Source of the DNA: a virus
Lineage: Duplodnaviria; Caudoviricetes
Length of the DNA: 27,533 bases
Strand: one strand, 5' to 3'
Virus record (IMG/VR): IMGVR_UViG_3300012953_000171
Coordinates: 1-27,533 of that record
In this document: piece by piece, positions 22,501-27,533 of the stretch
Numbering within the stretch: position 1 is the stretch's first letter
Layout of the letters: each line of letters starts with the position of its first letter
The notes under the pieces: model-generated
Databases searched by the model: none
The model's input: only the letters and a program-made list of their open reading frames with translations
What the model was told of the DNA's origin: nothing
Position numbers and translations under genes: made by a program

Positions 22501-23140
22501 ATAATATTCTAAATGATTCTTCTGTACCTTTTGATTGGTATAATGACTTTGAATTTTTAATAAAATTACTTACATCCAGATTATTAACAAAATTTACGTT
22601 TTCTAAACCAGGTGTAAGTAGTTTTTTTGTCTTTTTATAAAATTCTTTAAGGAATAATGCACTTAAATTAACAACAGTAGCATCATTTTCGTGATTAATT
22701 GCTAATGAGTCTGAAAATACTAATTCTGATGGATTATTATCTGCATGATAAGTTGTTATACCACTAAAACCACGAATACAACCAGTAAAACTATTAGTAG
22801 TAATACCAGTATATGTTATAACCTCATCTTCAATCTTAAAAAGACCATATTCATTAGGAAATCCCTTAGTACTACTAACATTTACAGTTGTTGAAGTAGT
22901 TGTAATACCACTTATTAATTTTGTTTCTCCTACAATAACTTCGGGAGTTAAATTATCTAATTTTATGTACTGATCAAGGTTATCGGTAAGGTCAATTGGA
23001 CCTCCTTGATATTCTTGAGAAATATAGTATTGCTTTAAAAAATCGACTGCCTTTGGACTTTCAGATATTAAAAACTCAGGTACTTGATTTTCAATTATCT
23101 GTTGGACTTTGACTCTTTTATCAATTCCAGTGGTTATCAT
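10505..23140 (-). CDS. gp7: Giant baseplate wedge initiator gp7-like protein (4211 aa), multidomain
   Basis: Position between gp6 and gp8; N-terminal QQIIENQVPEF...FLKQYY and FIKNSKSLYQSKGTEESFRILFNVLY; internal DNDYYQNLSYSVKS...LLHTSGLKNF motif; many inserted repeat domains. Confidence 0.82.
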   Translation of the reverse strand: MITTGIDKRVKVQQIIENQVPEFLISESPKAVDFLKQYYISQEYQGGPIDLTDNLDQYIKLDNLTPEVIVGETKLISGITTTSTTVNVSSTKGFPNEYGLFKIEDEVITYTGITTNSFTGCIRGFSGITTYHADNNPSELVFSDSLAINHENDATVVNLSALFLKEFYKKTKKLLTPGLENVNFVNNLDVSNFIKNSKSLYQSKGTEESFRILFNVLYNETPKILDLEQYLIKPSTAEFIRREIVLAEALSGNPIHLVGQTIIKSTDSATKASISEVEPLTRKGKVYYKIGLFVGFNYIDLIEGTFNVSPKTKVIGNVSVGSSVITVDSTVGFGATGTLVSGISTNIYYSNKSVNQFFGCQNIVGVITSTNDIRSQEFYYGYENGDLTKKVELRLTGVLSKFVPTSDIRLLTQGENITVRNVGEKILNPLEDKTKKEIFANSWIYNTSSRFTIESISGANIVLFTRDIDKSSLKIDDNIEVLFRNEEEVVATGIVGNIDVDTSTISINNLTLLSNITTLPDPNREYDLRRIINRVSSTKTDVDFGQNILTSDITNVYNDMDEDFYVASNSLPSYQITTELPKSIIPEAVAGNELPNSGYNPNTLKYNIISFPNPVPFITGDEVFYTAQGTVLPNLPEGSYFVEVLSNTNQIRLYLSRSFIPISDFVEFEALQPGSGTHTFSLVGILEQEIASQKLLKKFPLNPNLTNATSVKTISGSTGLLVNGVEVTNYKSEDKIYFGPLDRITLLNGGSNYDVINPPEVTLSGPGVGNTTALIRPVLSGSINDVQVDPQNFGINRVITATIEGGNGDGAILEPVLFDRKREISFDARLMSDSGGVDNVDETITFQDRHNIINGQPLVYDRNDNPPLGIGSFTGSDTGSSIVGVGTTTLVNTATYYPEVVNTSTIKLYQTLGELNAGINTVGFTTTNKIGVHKFKLYNDEKTLHDIRVIDGGSGYKNRQVFVKPTEINTVTNTIHFDNHGFNNGDKIVYATAVGIGSTLPTTISGLSTATGITTTTNFYKVLKINDDAFRLTNAGLGGTITTEFERKDYIKFSNQGTGFQVFKYPDIILNLKYELSHTGVGIITATPVVRGPISDILLYDRGSGYGSDILNLEKSIDVKIKTGKDAELKPIITDGKITYVEIQTKGREYSSAPDLEVVGIGTGLGAKLRAVVRGGRVEEVIILEGGLQYQQNKTEIKVVPPGSGAKIDVSVRSLTVNKFERYGSEALLETNNKLQYSMVGYSTQIGENTFGDDGSGHSPIIGWAYDGNPIYGPYGYSDSTDDNSVVKILTSGYILDPNSVINRPNQFSNGFFVEDYRFTNAGDLDQHNGRYGRTPEFPNGTYAYFVGINSNSQLPVFPYFIGHTYRADPSNENFNINQTTFDFSNSNLIRNSYPYKVSDAFADNDFIVESNEIAQQSTIVESTTAGSIDSIQIINAGDNYEVGDSAVFDNTSTNGGGLSVSVRSISGKNIESINTTVDTYNATFIWRDPSHIAAYISTAPSLNEHDNVVISGLSTTAIKGLSGAHKIGIDTSQTVLYQEVPNSATTGIVTDIYVANIPENISIGSSIGIGTEKLLVLNTFTQNNVLRVQRGLSSGIHSVSTPLSLIPNFFNIPLQTQVFDSKLNDQVYFNPHESIGVGTAVGLGSTATSTLGDLVSIVSTPTRSIRLPNHPFKTNQRVTLTKPGKFKGQVGYALTVSKDDGVTTFSIPETGNSQDVYVIKKSKDYIGIVTQVGLTTSSDGLAFVGDTTVGNGSFEYLFESNFDQVTGTLQKIDAVVSVSTAHGLRDTDVINLSINPNQSVGIGTSTKIDLRFDPDTHNLLVNPFTVASSGVTTASNNFNSTAHNLNTGDKVQYISTSITEGLSNQESYYVFKVDDNNFKLGETYDDVNSNPANIIELTSTGGATGSKHEFSLINPPIPVLKDNNLVFGVGHTSLLGYELNIYHDKDYKNQFVSVGNTTNLQVIGVGTVGVTSTATVTLNYSPNNSLNLYYNIKKSGFISTSDTDVVNYNKIHYLNSDYDGEYSVFNVPPLVGASYTSFNISVPKVPEKLSYTSAETSVLKYSTKSPRAKGPIDKISIDFGGLGYDSLPSFVSVGSTQGTNATLLPDSTNINRVDDIRILNPGFEYSSDPTLKPEAFISPVISIINADTISNIEVIEGGRNYTSPPNLKIINPITREEVGSATLNALISSNSLNSVDIVVPPKGLQSITHEIFAVNNDNGSTINRLVYTATGASAGLCTCTLVTPVLGFSTPPFVVDEEIFVEGLQKHGDTGTGFNSDDNGYKFFKVTAVNNTNPATVSFNLSNITSDPGIAKTVQNSYGTIISKDDYPQFKVTQTNSKFSVGEKLLAFVGTSYIPVDVKVSISTNEFIKIEELTPGAFNLVRGQLIKGFVSGTIATINNISKNSGRFDISYSLRQEQGWNNDIGKLSQDYQRVPDNDYYQNLSYSVKSSVTYDTLVSSVNRLLHTSGLKNFADVGITSITNVGITTSSFADTLALDFIEQKRIDTINNFDFALDIDTDAGKSKFLKLKNTKLSPYIECKTNRVLEIDDISSLFKSNATTLTKFLDLSINARYATFLVQIKDPNTGNTQISDIIIFKDDLNMYTAERSKVHTTPSELGTILGQMDTSKNVSLKFTPDDPENNDYDIKILQTSFNTNLTGIGTQSIGFINLSGINTTVATATTSTIISTNINNTDAFFASIEVNDLNTDETNFVDLYLTHDGSSSYIAEFYSDTESAAISNFIGTFTSEINSNILSLKFENDQPNEVLVRSRIIGIGTTSSGIGTYRFKNLGQLDGTEKTVRFESNFSNVSTASTIATFLENKISTLKGFVRVSSGSTSALHQVLVAHDSTDSHSVQYPFLSIGSTSGIGTFSSTLVGNDLNLNFHPDPLYTGGTNNVQVQVFTEAIYTELDLLNTPPNLQYGTVSESLLIAQYDALNGSRSNRTSFVLQSDSTPIFQKQFNPTDTSSLDASTGIFTIKDHFFETGERLVYTPGSTFEGVSLTGIATAGGTLGSEAYAIRLTKDTFKISKSRPDAVAGVAVTFTGTGSGNAHEFEMFKKNEKALISIDGVIQSPIAFTPITTDLEYNITNTQTLFSVTGISSIQSNDIIKINDEFMKITNVGLGTTSVGPITETGSVNVLAVERGAIGSAATNHSSGATTRLFSGGYNIVDSTIHLTDPPKGDANATQKTQSNLDPVRSTFNGRVFLRKDYSANKIFDDISGGFTGIGATHLLKVGGGTTSGITTGSSILLLNGIFQTPTTFNNLGNNYEFAESGGASSVIFTGITSSNGQKIVSDTDVNQNQLPRGGVIVSLGSTGGLGVANLAPSKVKATTNGSGAIVGIVGIATTGGAFGISTSSFNHLTGQLEITTSGNHGFRNINEFVRLDGMVFNPSLTIPSDRSFSVTGILSTTTFTTDIGVSGQAHAYVGSGTAFEYLADLTFGSGYRNPVSVAVTDLSGNGASADITAEVVSNTHVFVSASTNAVTVTGGSPLTPTSATYDPATGNLVITKASHGLTTSDTVGLATNSFVFRCAQDNFSTDHSYPRSGPTPSSAGGDPAHNATLAITAKTTNTFTVNVGITNTGTGGALKFNINNAGTGYTQPQIQISSPSYENLPIIGVSRRGIGSTTDTGTGVTVDIQVGAADTTVGIGSTSYEVVNFKLNNNGYNFKLGDVFKPVGLVTDRFLNTSQLINDFELTVTEVFKDQYSSWNFGQFDFIDSVRDLQNGVRKRFPLFYNASLLSFEIDPDNPDSSLIDLDALLLIFVNGVVQEPGESYTFDGGSSFDFVQAPDANDIIDIFFYKGTNGIDSVQVSAGASITPTIKTGDVVQLNKIGISTGQDPRTIFSILGSDEVETNIYTGLGINESVYKPFNWTKQKIDKKISGEVVSKVRDSIESQVYPTAKIIDDITTTSDELFLDNAKFFNYEEDYSALTNIVVGGLIVGSTNPVSAAFTATVSIGGTIQALNITNSGSGYVGSTTSISISAPSVIGVGIGVTATATATITNGVITNTTITNPGLGYTISAVPQVLTQLPRPIKDNINTITVIQGFDGAITGIGVTGGIGHPTALKFNISADLTNNPNSVLTDLKVGYPIYIFGTQVGHGVTSVVSDNSTVVATGTTCVDNIYFINAYNSGVGIITCNIMSGVNTTGIETSGSTIGGFSWGRLTGFTRDANPISIGVTGLTIDSGLTTYPSIQRRDFGLRDSGSLRKDLG

Positions 23141-23141
23141 A

Positions 23142-25079
23142 TTATCCTCTTACCAGTGCTCCATTTGCATAACTTGATGTAGTCTTATATCCGACACCAG
23201 ATATCTGTTCACCAGAAGTAATTGTATCCTTAACCATATTTATAGTGCTATCTCCAACTGCAAAACTGAGATATAGATCTTTTAATCCAATAACATCATT
23301 CGATTCAGGAAATGCTTGTATTTCAATAATATTATTATCTCTTTGTGTAGAAGTAATATTTACAGTTGATATAATAACTTCACCTTTCATATAATCAACA
23401 ATTCCAGCAGAAGCAACAACTAATTGACCTTGAGATAATTCAGTATCACTTTTTACAATTGCTATGACACCCTTTCCACTTCCATCTAAAGTACCATCGG
23501 CACGTTTATTTGGTATATCTGTAAAATATACAGTGTCAACTTGACCTTGGATAGTAAATCCAGTGCTTTTTATATTTTTACCAGATGCATTGATATGAAA
23601 TTGATTGCCATAACATAATTCATACTGAGCAAATTGGTTTGTTAGTGCTTTAAGATTTCTTCTAATCTTTACTGTCGTAATATTTGATGTAATTGCATCT
23701 TCAATATTGTCAATTACATTTAACATCTTACTATACTTAAATCTTCCACCAAATTTGTTTAAATCGGTTGATGAAGCATAAGTTATAAGACCGTTTGTAA
23801 TATTTGTTTTTTATTCAGATACAGTTGTTACCTTTGATTGATCATAGTAGACATATGAATCTAATTCAACATAAAGCAATTTAAGATCAAGTATTTTCTG
23901 ATTAATTCCTGCAAGAGTATATCCCTTTAAATTTGATAATATTGCCTGTTTATCAAAATCAGATACAAATTCACCATTTTTTGGTTTAATTGTAATTAAC
24001 ACTGTTCCAAACTCTGGTGGATCTAATTCTTCACCACCAACAACAGAAACTGATTCTGTATTTGGATATATTTGTTGTATTACAGACTCATAATCCCTTG
24101 CTGTAACTGCTCTGTACTGCGATGAATATAGTCTAGGTGCAAAATACTTAATAGAGTCAATTGACTCGATATTACCCCCATTAGATGCCGCTATGGTGGT
24201 TGTAACTGTTGGTGTAACTGTTGGTAATGAAACTTGATTTGATGAGGATACAGTGCTTCCTGCATAAGTAAAGGCAGCAGGACCATTTCCTTCAATTCCA
24301 TCCGTCACAATGTAAGAAACATTGATAATAGCATCATTTTCTAACTTTTTACCAAATACTCCATCACCAAATAGTAGTTCATATCTTTCATCAGTAATTT
24401 CTTGTAATAAGTAAGTTTCTGAAGTATTATTAATCTTTAATATATTATCTACTTTACTGTATTCTCTTCCTAAACCAGTATCAGAAACACCTTTTACATA
24501 AACTTTGATGGTTGATGTATCAATGAATGAATTTTCAAGTATAAATCTTTGATCTAGTGACCCATCTACTATAAAACTCTTTGATAGATACGTTCCTTGA
24601 TATATGATAATATCATTAAATGATCCAGTACTACTTACTATATTACCCGATGCATTTACATTCTGAGTTGTTGTTGTTGTAATTGTTTCTGGAATTGAAA
24701 ACACATATGAAGTATCATTTGCAGAACCCACACATATTATACCAGACCTTAATGTAAGAGTTGGTGTATTTCCAGCAGTTGTAACGTCAAAAGAGACCGT
24801 TGCTTGTGCAGCAGTCCTCGATCTTGGTACATATCCAATGTTTCTTGCAAGAGAAACGACATTTTCACGTAATGTAGCAGAGTCTAAGAACGACTCATTC
24901 ACAATCATGTTGGAGTTAAATGCGGTAATATACGTATTATATGCTAAAGTGTCAATTAAAACTGAAAAATTAGATCCTTCAAAGTCAAAATCCGTAAAAT
25001 CAGAGTTTGCACGGAGATAATCCTTAATAGAGGTCTTAATTTGATCGAAATCGAGGTTTGTAAACTTAGTAAAGGGCAT
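23142..25079 (-). CDS. gp6: Baseplate wedge subunit gp6-like (about 645 aa), interrupted by one in-frame TAA at 23811-23813
   Basis: LDFDQIKTSIKDYL, DFDFEGSNFSVLIDTLAYN, ESFLDSATLRENVVSLARNIGYVPRS, FGDGVFGKK and RAVTARDY motifs. The 422-aa and 194-aa track ORFs are in the same frame, joined by 28 open codons (KTNITNGLITYASSTDLNKFGGRFKYSK). Confidence 0.88.
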
Positions 25080-25481
25080 TTATCTTGTTGCTTCGAGCAT
25101 GAATGTGAATTCTTGTGTAGGAGAGTCTTGTCCGACTATAATAAAGAATACAGTTACCTCAAATTCGTAAGTATCTGGTTTTGGTTGTACTTCAACAGTT
25201 ACATCTTCTATTCTAGGTTCAAAGTTTTCAAGCACAATTTGAATTTGGTTCTGAATTACAGACGCAGTACCAAAATCTACAAACTCAAACAGGCTGTCAC
25301 GAACCTCAGACCCTATTGCAGAGTTAAAAAACCTCTCAGTAGGGATAGTTTGTACTAAATTTCTTACAGACTTCTTAATTGCATTCTCGTTTTTGAGAAT
25401 TGTGAGGTCTTTTGTAACTGGATGTGGGGTAAAAGACAAGCTTATGTCCTTAAATCCCCTTGAAATCCGCCTTATTGCCAT
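25080..25481 (-). CDS. gp25: Baseplate wedge subunit gp25-like (133 aa)
   Basis: FKDISLSF..HPVTKDL..LKNENAIKKSVRNLVQT..TERFFNS.IGS...LFE...ENFEPRI: GPW/gp25 family pattern; abuts the gp6 start. Confidence 0.88.
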   Translation of the reverse strand: MAIRRISRGFKDISLSFTPHPVTKDLTILKNENAIKKSVRNLVQTIPTERFFNSAIGSEVRDSLFEFVDFGTASVIQNQIQIVLENFEPRIEDVTVEVQPKPDTYEFEVTVFFIIVGQDSPTQEFTFMLEATR

Positions 25482-25503
25482 ATTAACAAGAGTTTTCCTG
25501 TTT

Positions 25504-25539
25504 TATTTATGACACTTTTTTGTAAATGTTATTATTTAT
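25504..25539 (-). promoter_or_regulatory. Two ATAAATA late-promoter-like motifs upstream of gp25
   Basis: ATAAATA on the minus strand at 25504-25510 (CATAAATA) and 25533-25539 (GATAAATA, overlapping the upstream stop). First base deviates from the T4 TATAAATA consensus; AT-rich background lowers certainty. Confidence 0.6.
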
Positions 25540-26258
25540 CCCAATTCTGGTTCAAAAGGTGCTCTTTTCTTCTCAATTGCCGTATTTCCTGCACCTACAT
25601 TCATATCAACTGCCCTTTCTTTTGCTGTTTTCCAGAAATAATTTTCTTCTGAACCCAATCCATCACGATCATGACCATTTTCTACCTGATAGTACACTGT
25701 TGATACCTTAAAGTCGGGTACTTTTGGTGTTTCGGGTGTAATACTGTTATCATAGATACGCATTCTGTTGTTTGGATAGAGTGCAAACTGTCCGTTATCC
25801 AATTCTAAGAGGTTATGAGACTTGTGTTCGGCAGGTTGTTCACTTGTAGAGTAGTCAATTGAGTCTACATCTTGGTGATAATTGTCTAAAGTGCAAATAT
25901 ATGTGCCAGTTTGGTTGCCATAATCTCTTGTATAGACCTCATAGTGCATTGAACCGATAAATTGCTTCTGAACTGCAACGACTCCATAGTCCATACAGTT
26001 CCAAAACTGTAAATTATGCAGTGTCATGTCAGGAGTTGGTGTCTCTGGGTCAGATGTAAACGCAGAAATCGGTAATTTATCAAACATTGCAGCATATTCG
26101 GGTAAATATGTCTCAAAATAAAATGCACGACCAGGTATACTCTTCGCAGATACCCAGACTCCCTTTACAAATTCACCATGACCACTCTTATGGTCGGTCA
26201 AATACTCTTTTCTTACCCAGACTTCGTATGAAGGTAGGTTCGCAATTAAACAAGCCAC
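25536..26258 (-). CDS. Conserved hypothetical phage protein (240 aa)
   Basis: GTG start immediately after the upstream TAA; long ORF (VWVRKEYL...PGRAFYFETYL...DKLPISAF...EHKSHN...GQFALYPNNR) resembling conserved T4-like cyanophage hypotheticals; function unknown. Confidence 0.75.
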   Translation of the reverse strand: MACLIANLPSYEVWVRKEYLTDHKSGHGEFVKGVWVSAKSIPGRAFYFETYLPEYAAMFDKLPISAFTSDPETPTPDMTLHNLQFWNCMDYGVVAVQKQFIGSMHYEVYTRDYGNQTGTYICTLDNYHQDVDSIDYSTSEQPAEHKSHNLLELDNGQFALYPNNRMRIYDNSITPETPKVPDFKVSTVYYQVENGHDRDGLGSEENYFWKTAKERAVDMNVGAGNTAIEKKRAPFEPELG

Positions 26259-26396
26259 TTATTTTCCCTGTCCTCTAGGTCTTTTACGAGCCGAGTTACG
26301 GGGTGTTGCCGAGTATTTCGTGTGTTTTCCACTTCCTTGTCGAGTTTTTTTCGGATGTGAATCGATTGAATTGCCTGTGTTAAATGTTTTTGCCAT
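26259..26396 (-). CDS. Small highly basic protein (45 aa)
   Basis: Not in the ORF track. MAKTFNTGNSIDSHPKKTRQGSGKHTKYSATPRNSARKRPRGQGK; ATG overlaps the upstream TAA (TAATG) and its TAA abuts the next GTG, filling the gap exactly. Confidence 0.8.
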   Translation of the reverse strand: MAKTFNTGNSIDSHPKKTRQGSGKHTKYSATPRNSARKRPRGQGK

Positions 26397-26590
26397 TACA
26401 AATTGTCCTCAAGTTTAAAGTCTTCTGGTACATTTTTTACGTCTGTGTCAAGTTCGAGCGGATGCGGTGTACCATTCTTAAAGAACTCATCTGCTAAGTC
26501 CTGCATCTTCTCAAAATACTCATCTCTTAAAAGATTCTCATGAAGAACCTCTCCTTTATAAGAGATACTATATAACTCTGGTTTTTTCAT
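26396..26590 (-). CDS. Small acidic hypothetical protein (64 aa)
   Basis: Fills the gap between the glycosyltransferase-like gene (23-nt overlap) and the basic ORF (1-nt overlap). Confidence 0.65.
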   Translation of the reverse strand: MKKPELYSISYKGEVLHENLLRDEYFEKMQDLADEFFKNGTPHPLELDTDVKNVPEDFKLEDNL

Positions 26591-27332
26591 GTCCTACTCT
26601 AATACGTGGGTCGCACATAATTCGGAAACCTGCCTCCTTTGCATCAAGACAAAATGAGACATCTTCTCCGCACATATCTTGAACTGCTCCAGATTCAAAT
26701 ATCTGCATCTTCGGAGCAAACCAAGGATACTTAATACCTTCATCTTCAAATACTCCATGCTTGATAAGTAACCATCCGAAACCTGCATAATCCACTGTGA
26801 ATGGTTTCTTTCTTTTTGCGATGGAATCTAAAGTCTCATGGTTCATCACTCCACCATTACCTTTGAAGTCATCTTCATCTAACCAATGTGCAACTGATGT
26901 CGTCTTACCATCTTCTGTGCAATACCAACCAGATGCAATCTTTTCATCCATTAATACAAGTTGATAGAACTTCTCAACATTAAAAACGATATCTGAGTCA
27001 ATCCATAACTGATAATCATACTTTAATTTACCATCCCAAGGTAACTGGTCAGGACCTCGAAGAACGTTCGCACCAAGACACTTACAACGGGCAAAATTGA
27101 CCATTGATGAATAATCTTGTGATATTTGTATACTTGCCTTTGCTTGAACTAAGTCAAAACAAAGAGTTACAAAGTTCTTTAGAAATGTATATGATACTCC
27201 TCGACCTGGCAGACAGAATACAACTGTCTTACCTGCTATCATTCTTTTTGCTTTATCGTAATCCCATTCTGGTGTGTCTGCCTGTTTTTTTGCTTTTGCA
27301 GCTGCTGATTTAACAGTAAATCCTTTTGCCAT
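26568..27332 (-). CDS. GT-A fold (GT2-like) glycosyltransferase-like protein (254 aa)
   Basis: YDYQLWIDSDIVF (DxD motif after a hydrophobic strand), GFGWLLIKHGVFE, GEDVSFC (ED motif) and terminal DPRIRVGHEK, the usual order of GT-A motifs. Confidence 0.72.
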   Translation of the reverse strand: MAKGFTVKSAAAKAKKQADTPEWDYDKAKRMIAGKTVVFCLPGRGVSYTFLKNFVTLCFDLVQAKASIQISQDYSSMVNFARCKCLGANVLRGPDQLPWDGKLKYDYQLWIDSDIVFNVEKFYQLVLMDEKIASGWYCTEDGKTTSVAHWLDEDDFKGNGGVMNHETLDSIAKRKKPFTVDYAGFGWLLIKHGVFEDEGIKYPWFAPKMQIFESGAVQDMCGEDVSFCLDAKEAGFRIMCDPRIRVGHEKTRVI

Positions 27333-27354
27333 ACTAATGTTCAGTTATAATTAT

Positions 27355-27383
27355 ATAATACACTATTATCTATGTGTTGTCAA
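27355..27383 (-). promoter_or_regulatory. Sigma70-type (host RNA polymerase, early-type) promoter
   Basis: TTGACA (27378-27383), 17-bp spacer, TATTAT (27355-27360); -10 ends 22 nt upstream of the ATG at 27332. An exact TATAAT also lies at 27350-27355. Confidence 0.75.
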
Positions 27384-27390
27384 TAAGAAG

Positions 27391-27531
27391 TTATCTTTTT
27401 GTTTTGTTCGGTTTACCTTTCTTATAATTTAATTGAATACCTTTTAAGTTAAGTAAAACCATCTTTGTTTCTGTCATTGTCTTGTCATAAAAGACAACTG
27501 TTTCTTCGTGAATGCCTATGTCGCCACTCAT
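27391..27531 (-). CDS. Small hypothetical protein (46 aa, may extend beyond the window)
   Basis: Read by hand: MSGDIGIHEETVVFYDKTMTETKMVLLNLKGIQLNYKKGKPNKTKR, stop just before the promoter; upstream context is cut off. Confidence 0.45.
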   Translation of the reverse strand: MSGDIGIHEETVVFYDKTMTETKMVLLNLKGIQLNYKKGKPNKTKR

Positions 27532-27533
27532 AA

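Noticed and set aside
10505-23140. Intein, intron or diversity-generating retroelement target explaining the size of gp7 or VrlC
   Set aside because: No intein C-terminal HN-[CST] with LAGLIDADG blocks, no reverse transcriptase, no near-identical DNA repeat pair and no frame interruption noticed.
23142-23726. 194-aa ORF as an independent gene
   Set aside because: In frame with and continuing gp6; better explained as its C-terminal part beyond a single premature stop.
23811-23813. Genome-wide stop-codon reassignment
   Set aside because: Only one internal stop in about 27 kb of coding sequence; TAA, TAG and TGA all end genes normally here.
24838-27313. Plus-strand ORFs 24838-25020, 25041-25358, 25526-25711, 26087-26278, 27104-27313
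   Set aside because: Antisense to supported genes, with no protein-like motifs.
1-27533. CRISPR array, tRNA, ncRNA, rho-independent terminators
   Set aside because: Intergenic gaps are all under about 60 bp and show no regular repeats, cloverleaf or strong hairpin by eye.

Overview
AT-rich (roughly one-third GC by eye) fragment of a T4-like marine myovirus, most similar in gene content and order to cyanophages. All credible genes lie on the minus strand in one tightly packed, translationally coupled run. In transcription order: small ORF, GT-A-fold glycosyltransferase-like gene behind a near-consensus sigma70-type promoter, two small ORFs (one very basic and missing from the ORF track), a 240-aa conserved hypothetical, then the late baseplate module: gp25, gp6, a giant 4211-aa gp7-like wedge initiator, gp8, a 2397-aa VrlC/DUF4815-like protein, three small virion-associated genes and the 5' part of a tail-fibre-like gene running off the left edge. 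T4-type late promoter motifs (TATAAATA/ATAAATA) precede gp25, gp8 and the fibre cluster. Main points of interest: (1) a short G-[IVL]-[GSTAN]-[ST] motif scattered about 45 times through gp7 and present in gp8, VrlC and the fibre but absent from gp6/gp25, next to a glycosyltransferase gene, which is a candidate virion protein-glycosylation system (inference only); (2) gp6 is interrupted by one in-frame TAA, most likely a read error; (3) a Gly-rich hydrophobic, Arg-flanked segment inside VrlC that looks membrane-active. Family assignments come from motif recognition, not database searches.
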